DNA from: Planctomycetota bacterium
Lineage (GTDB): Bacteria; Planctomycetota; Phycisphaerae; Phycisphaerales; UBA1924
Length of the DNA: 52,913 nucleotides
Direction: 5' to 3'
NCBI GenBank assembly: GCA_023434205.1
Contig: JAEYTB010000176.1
Location: 1 to 52,913 of the forward strand
Below the pieces are notes generated by a model, which was not told the DNA's origin, did not search any database, and saw nothing but the letters and a program-made list of their open reading frames with translations. The position numbers and the translations under genes are program-made. Shown one piece after another: positions 29,619 to 38,322 of this stretch. Within the stretch, counting starts at the first letter, position 1. Every line of letters begins with the position of its first letter.

Positions 29619-31169
29619 CTACGCGGGCCGGATGCCGCGGTACATCTCCTGCACCCGGGCCGTCTCGGTCTTGAGCACGCCGGTCAGCACGTGGCGGGGG
29701 ATGCGCCACTCGTTCTGGGCCGCGGTGACGCTGGCGCAGTGCTCGGTGAGGCAGCGGTAGAGCAGCTTGAAGGCGTCGCGGGGCTGGTGCAGGCGTTCGA
29801 GGGCCTCGAGGAGTTCCTGCCGGGTCACGTCCTGGGCGAAGAGGTCCATGAGGTCGGCGGGCGGCGCGCCGGACGCGGTACACGCGGCGATGCGGGCGTT
29901 GCACAGGTCGTACAGCGTCGTGCCCGTCCAGGAGAGGTGCTCGACGAAGTGCTGCTTGTCGAGCCGCGCCTCCTGGAAGAAGGCCGAGCTCTCGCGGAAC
30001 ACCGCGTGCCGCAGGTCCATCGGGAGCAGCAGCTTGAAACCGATGGAGTCCTGCTGGAGGAACTTGTTGTTGAGCATCGGCCACACCACCGCCTTCATCT
30101 TGTCGGGGTCACCGCTGACCAGCGTGGGCTCGTCCACGCGGTCGACGATCACCACCAGACCCACGTGGCCCAGTGCCCGCAGCACGCGGCGGAGGCGGTC
30201 GATGGCTGCGTAGCGCGGCTCGTCGCTGTCGGTCACGGGCAGGTGCTGGGTCTGGCGTGCGCCGGGGGGCATCTCGCGGAGCGAGCGGCCGTAGCTCACA
30301 TCCGGCCGGTTCACCACGCGGATCTGCCGGCGCAGGCGCTTGGCGGTGCGCATGAGCTTCCAGCGGTCGTAGACGCCCACCTTGAGCGCGAAGATCGCGT
30401 AGAGCAGGGTGATGCCCACCAGGCCCCACGCCGTCATCTCGGGCTTCACGCCTCGGATGGGCACGAGCTTGGTCCACACGACTGCCGCGAGGATGAGCAG
30501 CGGGAAAACCACCAGCGCGGCGTTGTTGGAGATGATGCGGAGCGGCGGGAGGAACTTGAGCCGCCGGCGCAGGGCGACGGTGCGTTCCGCGGCGGTGTCC
30601 GGCCGGTCGTACAAGGCCTGCAGCAGCAGCAGGTCGCGCCGCAACGTGCTGTCGAGCCGGCGCAGAATGTTCTTGCTGTCCTCGGGCAGGTCGATGGGGT
30701 CAGGGCCCGAGCCCACCACGGCGTCGACCAGGCGGGGCACGACCGCGCAGAGCACCGCGTCCTGGTGGTCCACCAGCCGCAGCTTCTGGAGCGACTCGAG
30801 CGGGGTCTTGCTGCCCAGCCGCTCGTGGACGCGGTCGAGCACGCCGTTGAGGTCGTCGTAGGCGACCAGAAGGACCTTGGCGCCCGGGTTGGCGAGGTTG
30901 TGCTCGGCGATGCGGCGGGCGATCTGGAGGCGGATGGCGGTCTTGCCGCTGCCCTTCTCGCCGAACACGACGCTGCTGCTGGGGCGGCGCAGGTCGCCCA
31001 CGATCTTCTCGAAGTCGGCGTGCAGCATCTCGTGCGTGTGCTCGATGCGGCCGGGGGCGAGCGGCGGGGGGCCGCTCATGCGGCCGAAGACCGGGTCGGA
31101 GCGTGCCTCCTCGCCCCGGAAGGGGTTCTCGGTGAGGCGGTGGTGTGAGAGGAACTCGGTAAGGGTCAT
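29619..31169 (-). CDS. P-loop NTPase with two TM helices inserted between Walker A and Walker B (KAP-like topology)
   Basis: Walker A is GEKGSGKT (aa 70-77). TM helices are AALVVFPLLILAAVVWTKLV and AWGLVGITLLYAIFALKVGVY (aa 217-267). The Walker B-like motif is GLVVIVDRVDEP (aa 337-348). I prefer the ATG at 31169. Confidence 0.7.
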   Translation of the reverse strand: MTLTEFLSHHRLTENPFRGEEARSDPVFGRMSGPPPLAPGRIEHTHEMLHADFEKIVGDLRRPSSSVVFGEKGSGKTAIRLQIARRIAEHNLANPGAKVLLVAYDDLNGVLDRVHERLGSKTPLESLQKLRLVDHQDAVLCAVVPRLVDAVVGSGPDPIDLPEDSKNILRRLDSTLRRDLLLLQALYDRPDTAAERTVALRRRLKFLPPLRIISNNAALVVFPLLILAAVVWTKLVPIRGVKPEMTAWGLVGITLLYAIFALKVGVYDRWKLMRTAKRLRRQIRVVNRPDVSYGRSLREMPPGARQTQHLPVTDSDEPRYAAIDRLRRVLRALGHVGLVVIVDRVDEPTLVSGDPDKMKAVVWPMLNNKFLQQDSIGFKLLLPMDLRHAVFRESSAFFQEARLDKQHFVEHLSWTGTTLYDLCNARIAACTASGAPPADLMDLFAQDVTRQELLEALERLHQPRDAFKLLYRCLTEHCASVTAAQNEWRIPRHVLTGVLKTETARVQEMYRGIRPA

Positions 31170-31573
31170 GGGCGGCAACGCGGAGGCGTGAGACAGAGGA
31201 TACCGGCCCCGCGTCCACCCCGCACGCGGACCGTGCGATCGCGGCACGGAACGCCGTTTTCATGGAGGACCCGGGTTCATCGTCCATAAGCCCGGCTCGG
31301 GCACGGAAAGTTGCGGTTGATTCCGGCATGAGCGCCGGCTCGTGTTACGTTTCGGCATGACCACGACCCGCGCTCTGAATGGCCGCAGGGACGAACGCCG
31401 CCGCGTCGTGTGTGAGCCGCCGTAAAGGGGACGACCGCGGGCGGCCCCGGTGCACAGCCCCGGGCCGGTCCGCCGTCGCTCCGTCGTTCGTGCAGCCACT
31501 TCTACAGCAAGAACACGGGGCGCGGCAGCGCTCCGGCTCATCGTCCGCGCCCGGCGCGGCGGAGGTCCCCATC

Positions 31574-32806
31574 ATGCGGAACGTGCAGCTCGACCTGCTG
31601 AGGGCGCTGGCGGTGGTGCTGGTGCTGGGGCGGCACATGGGCAAAGTGCCCGACGACCTGCCCCCCTGGCTCTACGTGCCGATGAAGCTGTGGAACGCCG
31701 CGGGCTGGATGGGCGTGGACATCTTCTTCGTGCTGAGCGGGTTCCTGATCGGCGGGCTGCTGTTCCGAGAGCTGCGCGACACGGGTGAGTTCAGCGTGGG
31801 GCGGTTCCTGACACGCCGGGCCCTGCGCATCTACCCGCCTTTCTACATCATGCTGGCCGCCACGCTGGGGTTCAAGGCGTGGACGGAGATCCCGCTGTGG
31901 GTGGACCCGGTCACGCCGGCGCACATCGCCTCGGAAGTGTTCTTCATGCAGAGCTACTTCTCCGGCGCGCTGCTTCACACGTGGTCGCTCGCGGTGGAGG
32001 AGCACTTCTACCTGGGCCTGCCGCTGCTGCTGTTGCTGCTGGGGGCGCGGCGGGCCCGGCCGGCGCAGGGTCTCACAGGGGACGCGCTGTGGGACGCGCG
32101 CCCCTGCCGCGGGCTGGTGACGGCGTGCCTGTGCATCATGGCGGGCGTGCTGATCGCGCGGTCCGCCCAGAGCATCGCCGTCGGCGCCAACCGCGACCTG
32201 TTCAACGCGCAGCACCTCACGACGCACATGCGGATGGATGCGCTGGCGTTCGGCGTGCTGCTGGCGTACCTCTCCACCTTCGCGCCCGCGGTGGTCACCG
32301 GCTTTGTCACGCGTCACCGCTGGAAGCTGGTGGTGTTCGCCCTGCTCGCCTTCGCGCCCGCCGGGCTGTTCAGCCTGTGGGACCTCTTCCACCAGACCGT
32401 CGGCGTGACGCTGATCTATCTGGGGGCCGGGGCCCTCATGCTGGTGCTGCTGCACACCCGCATGCCCACAGGGCGTGTGGTGACGCCGGTGGTGAACGGG
32501 TTCGCGGCGATGGGCGTGTGCTCCTATTCCGTCTACTTGTGGCACATGTCCATCATCATCTTCGGGATGCACGGGGTCCAGGCCATGATCGCCCGCACCG
32601 GCTGGCTGGGGGGCGAGCCTGGGCGCGGGGCCGCGTACGTGCTGGAATGGATCATCCTGATGCCCGCGAGCGTCTTGCTGGGCATGGCCGCGGCCAAGCT
32701 GGTGGAGCTGCCCACGCTGGCGGTTCGGGACCGGCTCTTCCCGCGGCGTGTGGAGCGGGGCGCCCCGGAGATTGGCGTGGCGGCGCACCCCCGGGTGCCG
32801 GGCTAA
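31574..32806 (+). CDS. Acyltransferase family 3 (OafA/YrhL-like) membrane protein
   Basis: ATG lies 8 nt after GGAGG. The translation is LDLLRALAVVLVLGRH...GWMGVDIFFVLSGFLIGGLL...RRALRIYPPFY, with about 10 TM helices. Confidence 0.85.
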   Translation: MRNVQLDLLRALAVVLVLGRHMGKVPDDLPPWLYVPMKLWNAAGWMGVDIFFVLSGFLIGGLLFRELRDTGEFSVGRFLTRRALRIYPPFYIMLAATLGFKAWTEIPLWVDPVTPAHIASEVFFMQSYFSGALLHTWSLAVEEHFYLGLPLLLLLLGARRARPAQGLTGDALWDARPCRGLVTACLCIMAGVLIARSAQSIAVGANRDLFNAQHLTTHMRMDALAFGVLLAYLSTFAPAVVTGFVTRHRWKLVVFALLAFAPAGLFSLWDLFHQTVGVTLIYLGAGALMLVLLHTRMPTGRVVTPVVNGFAAMGVCSYSVYLWHMSIIIFGMHGVQAMIARTGWLGGEPGRGAAYVLEWIILMPASVLLGMAAAKLVELPTLAVRDRLFPRRVERGAPEIGVAAHPRVPG

Positions 32807-34362
32807 CACCCGCCGCCGGCGAGGACGCGGAAGAACGACTCGATGTCGCCGTCGGTCCCGGTGTCGCCGTCGTCGTTGAAGTCGGCTGTCCAGCACGAGG
32901 GGCAGCAGTTGCCCGCCAGGCACGCGAAGAACGACTCGATGTCCGCGTCCGTGCCGGCGTCGCCGTCGTTGTCAAAGTCCGCTGTGCCGCAGCCCACCCC
33001 CACTACTGCGCCCTCGTACGCGCCGATGCTGGGCGGTGCGGGCGGCTGCGGGTAGCAGCGGCCGTTGAACGCCGCGGGCGTGAGCGCCGGGCTGTGCCCC
33101 GCGCCCACCGCGATGCTGGTCGGGGGCACCTGGTAGCTCGCGCCGGGCGCGGGCAGGGGGGTGGCGAGCTGCGGGTTGACGCCCGCGATGCGGCCGGCCT
33201 CCGGCGCGGGCAGGCTGGGCGCGCTCGCGGCGGGGTTGTCGTAGGCGTACCACAGGTTGTTGCGGAAGGTGAAGGTCTCGGGGGCGGTGTTGGCGCCGAT
33301 GTTCACGTAGGTCGAGAGGTCGGAGCGGTCGAAGTAGACGAGGTTGTTCTCGAACGTGTTGTTCCCGCAGGGGGCGAAGGCGTGCGTGGCGGTGGAGTTC
33401 GTTTCCTGGAGGATGCGGAAGAGCCAGTTGTGCGGCGTGATAATGGTGTTGTTGGAGACGACGCAGTCCACCGCGCCCACGAAGGCGACGGCGCACGTGC
33501 CGCCCTGGATCACGTTCGCGAGGACGCGGATGCCGCGGGCCTCGGCGTTCGGCTGTGTTGTCGAGAGCGGGGGGCGGAAGAACTCGAACCCGGTGCTCCC
33601 GCCGATGTTGATGCACCGCTCACCGCTCTCCTCGAAGCGGTTGCGGACGATGTCGATCTGGCTCGTGCCGCCCTTGGCCTGGATGGCGTTGCCGGACGCC
33701 TGGCCGAACTGGTTGCGCGCGATCACGCCGCGGTGGCAGCCGACCATGTCGATGAGGGAGCCGCTGGCCGCGCCTCCGGCGCGGGCGAACTCGCTGTCGA
33801 GCACCCAGAAGTCGTAGATGCCCGAGAGCTTCAGCGCATCGTTGTTGCCGCCGGTGCCGATATCGTGGATGAAGAGGTTTCTGAACACCAGGAAACCCGA
33901 TGCGCCCGGCGTTCCCACTTCGCCGCCGTCGTCGCAGTTGACGCCGTTTCCGGTCGAGTTTCGCACCTCCAGGTCGTGCAGCACCACGTAGCGGGCCCTC
34001 GAGAACTGGAACCCGTTGCTGCCGCCCTGGATGACGGGCTTTGCCTGGCCCGGGGCGCCGCCGATCCAGACCGGGGCGTCCGGTGTGCCCGTGAGGTTGC
34101 CGATGAACATCCCGCCGCTGTAGGTGCCGGGCGCAACCACGATCGCCGTGCCCGGGGTCGCCTGCCCCGCGGCGTGGGTGACCGTCGCGAAGGGCTGCTG
34201 GGGCGTGCCGTCGCCGGTCGCGTTGCTGCCCGTGGTGGCGACGTGCAGCGTGCGTGCCGGTGTGCGGCCGTCGGCGAAGGTGGGGATGTGAGTGCAGGGC
34301 TGCTGGGCCGCCGCCAGCGGCACGGCGAAGGTCAGGAGCACGACCGGGAGCACGCGGACCAT
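32803..34362 (-). CDS. Secreted right-handed parallel beta-helix (pectate-lyase-fold) protein with two C-terminal dockerin/EF-hand-like repeats
   Basis: Signal peptide, beta-helix repeat signatures (NSTGNGVNCDD, IHDIGTGGNNDALKLSG, NAIQAKGGTS) and a tail with 2x ADFNxDGDxGTDxDIESFF..LAG that ends in Gly-Cys. Confidence 0.8.
   Translation of the reverse strand: MVRVLPVVLLTFAVPLAAAQQPCTHIPTFADGRTPARTLHVATTGSNATGDGTPQQPFATVTHAAGQATPGTAIVVAPGTYSGGMFIGNLTGTPDAPVWIGGAPGQAKPVIQGGSNGFQFSRARYVVLHDLEVRNSTGNGVNCDDGGEVGTPGASGFLVFRNLFIHDIGTGGNNDALKLSGIYDFWVLDSEFARAGGAASGSLIDMVGCHRGVIARNQFGQASGNAIQAKGGTSQIDIVRNRFEESGERCINIGGSTGFEFFRPPLSTTQPNAEARGIRVLANVIQGGTCAVAFVGAVDCVVSNNTIITPHNWLFRILQETNSTATHAFAPCGNNTFENNLVYFDRSDLSTYVNIGANTAPETFTFRNNLWYAYDNPAASAPSLPAPEAGRIAGVNPQLATPLPAPGASYQVPPTSIAVGAGHSPALTPAAFNGRCYPQPPAPPSIGAYEGAVVGVGCGTADFDNDGDAGTDADIESFFACLAGNCCPSCWTADFNDDGDTGTDGDIESFFRVLAGGGC
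32806..32985 (-). repeat. Tandem coding repeat (2 x about 25-28 codons) for the dockerin-like modules
   Basis: The DNA-level direct repeat gaagaacgactcgatgtc...gtcgccgtcgt...aagtc.gctgt occurs at 32806-32889 and 32911-32985. Confidence 0.8.
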
Positions 34363-34383
34363 GCCCCAGTGTAAGGGGCCGGG

Positions 34384-35208
34384 TCAGCGGTCGGACTTCG
34401 CCCCGTCGAGCAGGCTCTTGACCAGTTCCTGCTTCTGCTCTGCCGCGAACTGCATGATGAACAGCGATGCCTGCTGGAGCGTCTGCTCGCGGATCAGGTT
34501 CGCGGTTTCCTTGGCGAAGTCGGCGTCCTCCAGGGAGGACCTCGCCAGCTCGGTGTTCTCGATCTCGGTGAGCAGCGTGCGACGCTCGCTGTCGTTGGCC
34601 TGCATCTGGCGGCCGATCGCCCCGCGGCTCGTGGTGATGGCGTCTGAAGCCGCGGTGACCGTGGCCTGCGCGGCTTCCAGGTTTCCGCTGACCAGGTTGA
34701 GCTTGCCGTTGCCGAGCATGTCGCGGAGGCTGGTTGGCGCATCGGGGTCGGCGTGGGACACACCGAGGTTCGACGAGCCGAACGCGGTCAGGATCTGGCT
34801 GCCGTTGAAGGTCGTCGTCTGGGCGAGGTGGTCGATCGCCCGGATGATGCTGTCGGCCTCGACCTGGAGGCCCTCTTTCTCGGCGGGGGTCAGGGCGCCG
34901 GTGTTGGCCGCCCTCGTGACCGCCGACTGGAGGTCCAGGAGCAGGTCGCTGAGGACCGACTCGGCCCCCTCCCGGGCGCCCAGGTACGCGTCCTGGAAGT
35001 CGAGGCGCTCGAGGCGCGTGTTCAGCGCGGCAAGGTCCGCCTTCATGTGGTTGACGGCGGCCAGGCCCGCGGGGTTGTCGGCGGCGCGGTTGATCTGCTT
35101 GCCGGTCGCGAGCCGCTCGAGCGTGGCGTTGAGCTGGCGCGAGAAGTTGGCGTACGCGCCCTGGGAGCGCATCCCCGAGAGGTTGGAAAGGGAAACGCCT
35201 GCCACCAC
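34384..35208 (-). CDS. Flagellin-family protein (short, 274 aa)
   Basis: N-terminal LERLATGKQINRAADNPAGLA and C-terminal EDADFAKETANLIREQTLQQASLFIMQFAAEQKQELVKSLL are flagellin D0/D1 signatures. The start is GTG. No other flagellar genes lie in the window. Confidence 0.8.
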   Translation of the reverse strand: MVAGVSLSNLSGMRSQGAYANFSRQLNATLERLATGKQINRAADNPAGLAAVNHMKADLAALNTRLERLDFQDAYLGAREGAESVLSDLLLDLQSAVTRAANTGALTPAEKEGLQVEADSIIRAIDHLAQTTTFNGSQILTAFGSSNLGVSHADPDAPTSLRDMLGNGKLNLVSGNLEAAQATVTAASDAITTSRGAIGRQMQANDSERRTLLTEIENTELARSSLEDADFAKETANLIREQTLQQASLFIMQFAAEQKQELVKSLLDGAKSDR

Positions 35209-35213
35209 TGGAG

Positions 35214-35241
35214 GTATCGGGCCTTCCGGGGGCCGGCTTCA
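35214..35241 (-). promoter_or_regulatory. Sigma-28 (FliA)-like promoter candidate for the flagellin gene
   Basis: The minus strand reads TGAA-N15-GCCCGATAC, against the consensus TAAA-N15-GCCGATAA. The -10 element ends only 5 nt before the GTG start. Confidence 0.3.
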
Positions 35242-35368
35242 TCCAGGACCGCGGTGTGAGGACGACGTTTGGGGTCCGTGCGCGCTACCCTTGCGGCCAA
35301 CCCGACCCGGCGGCCCAATAACCTGCCCCGCGGGCCCCGACGGCCCGCCAAAGCTCAGGACATCATCC

Positions 35369-36802
35369 ATGCTCGGACGTGTTTTCAAGGCCTACGACAT
35401 CCGCGGCACCTACCCGGACCTGCTCAACGACACCATGGCCTGGCAGATCGGTTATGGGGCGAGCCGGTTCCTGCTCGCCGATGCCGCCGCCGCGGGCGAG
35501 ACGAGCCCGATGATGCGGAACATCGTGGTGGGGCGCGACATGCGGCTCTCCAGCCCGGGGCTGACCAAGCAGCTCATGCAGGGCATCAACGACCAGGGCG
35601 GGGACGTGATTGACATCGGCCTGTGCGACACGTCGATGATCTACTTCGCGATCAACCACCTGGACTGCGCGGGCGGCGTGATGGTGACGGCGAGCCACAA
35701 CCCGCCCAATTACAACGGGTTTAAGATCAGCAAGCGGAACGCGAAGCCGGTGGGCGAGGTGTCGGGGCTGGCCGAGGTCCGCAAGCACGCCGCGATGGTG
35801 GACAAGGCGACGCTCGTCAAGCAGAGCGGCCGGCTGGAGCAGCGCGACCTGTGGCCCGCGTACGCGCGGCACGTGCGGAGCTTCCTGGACCTCGGCGGCG
35901 CGGGCCGCACGCTGAAGGTGGTCATCGACGCGAGCAACGGCATGGCCGGGACGATGATCCCCAAGGTGTTCGGCAAGCAGAGCCCCCTGGGCCCCGTCCC
36001 CGGGCTCCAGATCATCGAGATCAACTTCGAGAACACCAAGGGCGTGTTCGCGCACGAGCCCAACCCGCTGGTCGCCGCGAACCTCCGGCAGGTGCAGGAG
36101 GCGGTGGTGAAGGAGAAGGCCGACGTGGGCTTCTGCTACGACGGCGACGCCGACCGCTGCATGGTGATCGACGAGAAGGGCAGGGCGGTCGGCTGCGACC
36201 ACCTCACCGCCCTGCTCGCCAAGCACTTCCTCGCCAAGGCCCCCGGCGCCGCGGTCGTCTACGACCTGCGCTCCACCAAGGCGGTGGCCGAGGATGTCCT
36301 GAAGGCCGGCGGCCGGCCCGTCCGCGGCAGGGTGGGCCACGTCTTCCTCAAGCAGGCGATGGCCGAGCAGAACGCGATCTTCGGCGGCGAGCTCTCCGGC
36401 CACTTCTACTTCAAGGACAACTTCAACGCCGACAGCGGCGCCATCGCCATGTGTACGGTCCTGACGGTGCTGGCGCACTCCAAGAAGCCCATGAGCCAGC
36501 TCGTGAGCCCCATCGCCCGCTATGCGCAGTCCGGCGAGATCAACTTCCAGATTGAGGACAAGGACGCGGCGCTCGCGGAGCTCAAGAAGTCTTACGGGCC
36601 CGGGGCGAACCCGCAGGCCCAGATGGACGAGCTCGACGGCGTCACGATCGACTGCTTCAAGACCGACGGCTGGTGGATCAACGTCCGCAAGAGCAACACC
36701 GAGCCGCTGCTGCGCCTCAACCTGGAGGCGAGGGACAAGGCGACGCTGGACCGCATGCTGGCCCAGATCGCCCCGCGCCTGGGCAAGCGCGTGGATCACT
36801 AA
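35369..36802 (+). CDS. Phosphomannomutase/phosphoglucomutase (alpha-D-phosphohexomutase)
   Basis: FKAYDIRG, active-site TASHNPPNYNGFK and the metal loop DGDADRC. Start placed at the ATG at 35369. Confidence 0.9.
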   Translation: MLGRVFKAYDIRGTYPDLLNDTMAWQIGYGASRFLLADAAAAGETSPMMRNIVVGRDMRLSSPGLTKQLMQGINDQGGDVIDIGLCDTSMIYFAINHLDCAGGVMVTASHNPPNYNGFKISKRNAKPVGEVSGLAEVRKHAAMVDKATLVKQSGRLEQRDLWPAYARHVRSFLDLGGAGRTLKVVIDASNGMAGTMIPKVFGKQSPLGPVPGLQIIEINFENTKGVFAHEPNPLVAANLRQVQEAVVKEKADVGFCYDGDADRCMVIDEKGRAVGCDHLTALLAKHFLAKAPGAAVVYDLRSTKAVAEDVLKAGGRPVRGRVGHVFLKQAMAEQNAIFGGELSGHFYFKDNFNADSGAIAMCTVLTVLAHSKKPMSQLVSPIARYAQSGEINFQIEDKDAALAELKKSYGPGANPQAQMDELDGVTIDCFKTDGWWINVRKSNTEPLLRLNLEARDKATLDRMLAQIAPRLGKRVDH

Positions 36803-36811
36803 GCCGGCGCC

Positions 36812-38287
36812 TTACATCCAGCGGGCCACGACCACCTTGCTCTCGGTGTAGAACTTCACCGCGTCCTCGCCGTTGGCGTGCAGGTCGCCGAAGAAGCTCT
36901 GCTTCCAGCCGGCGAAGGGGAAGACGGCCATCGGTGCGGGCACGCCCACGTTGATGCCCACCATCCCCACCTGCGCGTGGGTCTTGAAGCGTCGCGCCGT
37001 GTACCCGCTGCTGGTGAAGATCACGCCCATGTTCCCGTACCGGGAGCGGTTCATGGTGGCAAGGGCCGCGTCCAGCGTGTCCTCGCGCACGATGCTCAGC
37101 ACCGGCCCGAAGATCTCCTCCTCCAGCACCGCCATGCCCGGCCGCACGTGGTCGAAGATCGTCGGCTCCACGAAGCAGCCGGGCCCCGCGGTCGAGCCAC
37201 CGCCGCACACGAGCGTCGCCCCGTCGCGCTTGCCGCTCTCGATGAACCCCAGGATCCGCTCCTTGCTCTGCTGATCGATGACGGGCCCCATGCCGCACCC
37301 GGGCTCGTCGCCCTTGGCGACCTTGATCTTCGCCGCGGCCTCTTTCAGCCTGGGAATCAGCCACGAGGGAGTGTCCCCCACCGCCACGCACACGCTCCCG
37401 GCCAGGCACCGCTGGCCGCTGTTGCCGAAGGCTGATCCGACGATCCCCTCGATCGCGGCGTCCTGGTTGGCGTCGGGCATGATCACCATGTAGTTCTTGG
37501 CCCCGCCCATGCACTGGGCCCGCTTGCCGGCCGCCGTCGCTGTCTGGTACACGTGCTTGGCCACCTTCGTCGATCCGACGAACGACACCGCGCGCACATC
37601 GTCGTGCGTGATGAGGTGGTCGACCACCTTCGGCCCGCCCGTCACCAGGTTCAGCACGCCCGCGGGCAGCCCGGCCTCCCGCGCCAGCTCGACCTCACGC
37701 ACTGCCGACAGCGGCACCTTCTCGCTGGGCTTGAGCACAAAGGTATTCCCGCACGCCACCGCCATCGGCCACATCCACAGCGGCACCATGACCGGGAAGT
37801 TGAACGGCGTGATCCCCACGCACACGCCCAGCGGCACGCGGTCCACCGTCGAGTCGATCCCTACGCCGCTCCTGTCCTCCGTGCGGCAGAACGAACTGCT
37901 CACCGCGATCTGCGGCAGCGTCTTGCCCATCATCAGCGTGGGCGCGGCGCACGCGAACTCGACGCAGTCGATCCCTCGCCGCACATCGCCGCGGGCCTCG
38001 GCCATGGTCTTGCCGTGCTCTTTGACGATGAGCCCCGCCAGCTCCTCGAAGGCCGTCTCCAGCGCCTGCTTGTAGCGGAAGAGGAACTGGCAGCGGTCGC
38101 CCACCGGCGTGGCGGCCCACGCGGGGAAGGCCTCCGCCGCGGCTGCCACCGCCTGCTCGGCGAGCCGCACATCCTCGAGCGCGACGCCCGCCAGCGGCTC
38201 GCCCGTCGCGGGGTTCTTCACCTGGAAGGTCGCCTCGCCCGCTGGAGCCACGGGCCGGCCGCCGATCATCGCTGGAACGGTGTTCAT
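36812..38287 (-). CDS. mmsA: CoA-acylating methylmalonate-semialdehyde dehydrogenase
   Basis: Aldehyde dehydrogenase fold with MMSDH-like VEFACAAP, FPVMVPLWMWP and the catalytic region FGNSGQRCLA. Confidence 0.85.
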   Translation of the reverse strand: MNTVPAMIGGRPVAPAGEATFQVKNPATGEPLAGVALEDVRLAEQAVAAAAEAFPAWAATPVGDRCQFLFRYKQALETAFEELAGLIVKEHGKTMAEARGDVRRGIDCVEFACAAPTLMMGKTLPQIAVSSSFCRTEDRSGVGIDSTVDRVPLGVCVGITPFNFPVMVPLWMWPMAVACGNTFVLKPSEKVPLSAVREVELAREAGLPAGVLNLVTGGPKVVDHLITHDDVRAVSFVGSTKVAKHVYQTATAAGKRAQCMGGAKNYMVIMPDANQDAAIEGIVGSAFGNSGQRCLAGSVCVAVGDTPSWLIPRLKEAAAKIKVAKGDEPGCGMGPVIDQQSKERILGFIESGKRDGATLVCGGGSTAGPGCFVEPTIFDHVRPGMAVLEEEIFGPVLSIVREDTLDAALATMNRSRYGNMGVIFTSSGYTARRFKTHAQVGMVGINVGVPAPMAVFPFAGWKQSFFGDLHANGEDAVKFYTESKVVVARWM

Positions 38288-38322
38288 GCCGCGAGTGTAC
38301 CCCAACCCCGGCGCGGGCCCTG

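Noticed and set aside
31879-35242. 831-aa plus-strand ORF and 540-aa minus-strand ORF across the acyltransferase / beta-helix / flagellin region
   Set aside because: Both are out of frame or antisense to genes with clear family signatures. Both have low-complexity R/G/A/P translations.
34292-35368. N-terminal 359 codons of the 836-aa ORF that ends as phosphomannomutase
   Set aside because: This part is antisense to the flagellin gene. Phosphohexomutase similarity begins at the ATG at 35369 (MLGRVFKAYDIRG).
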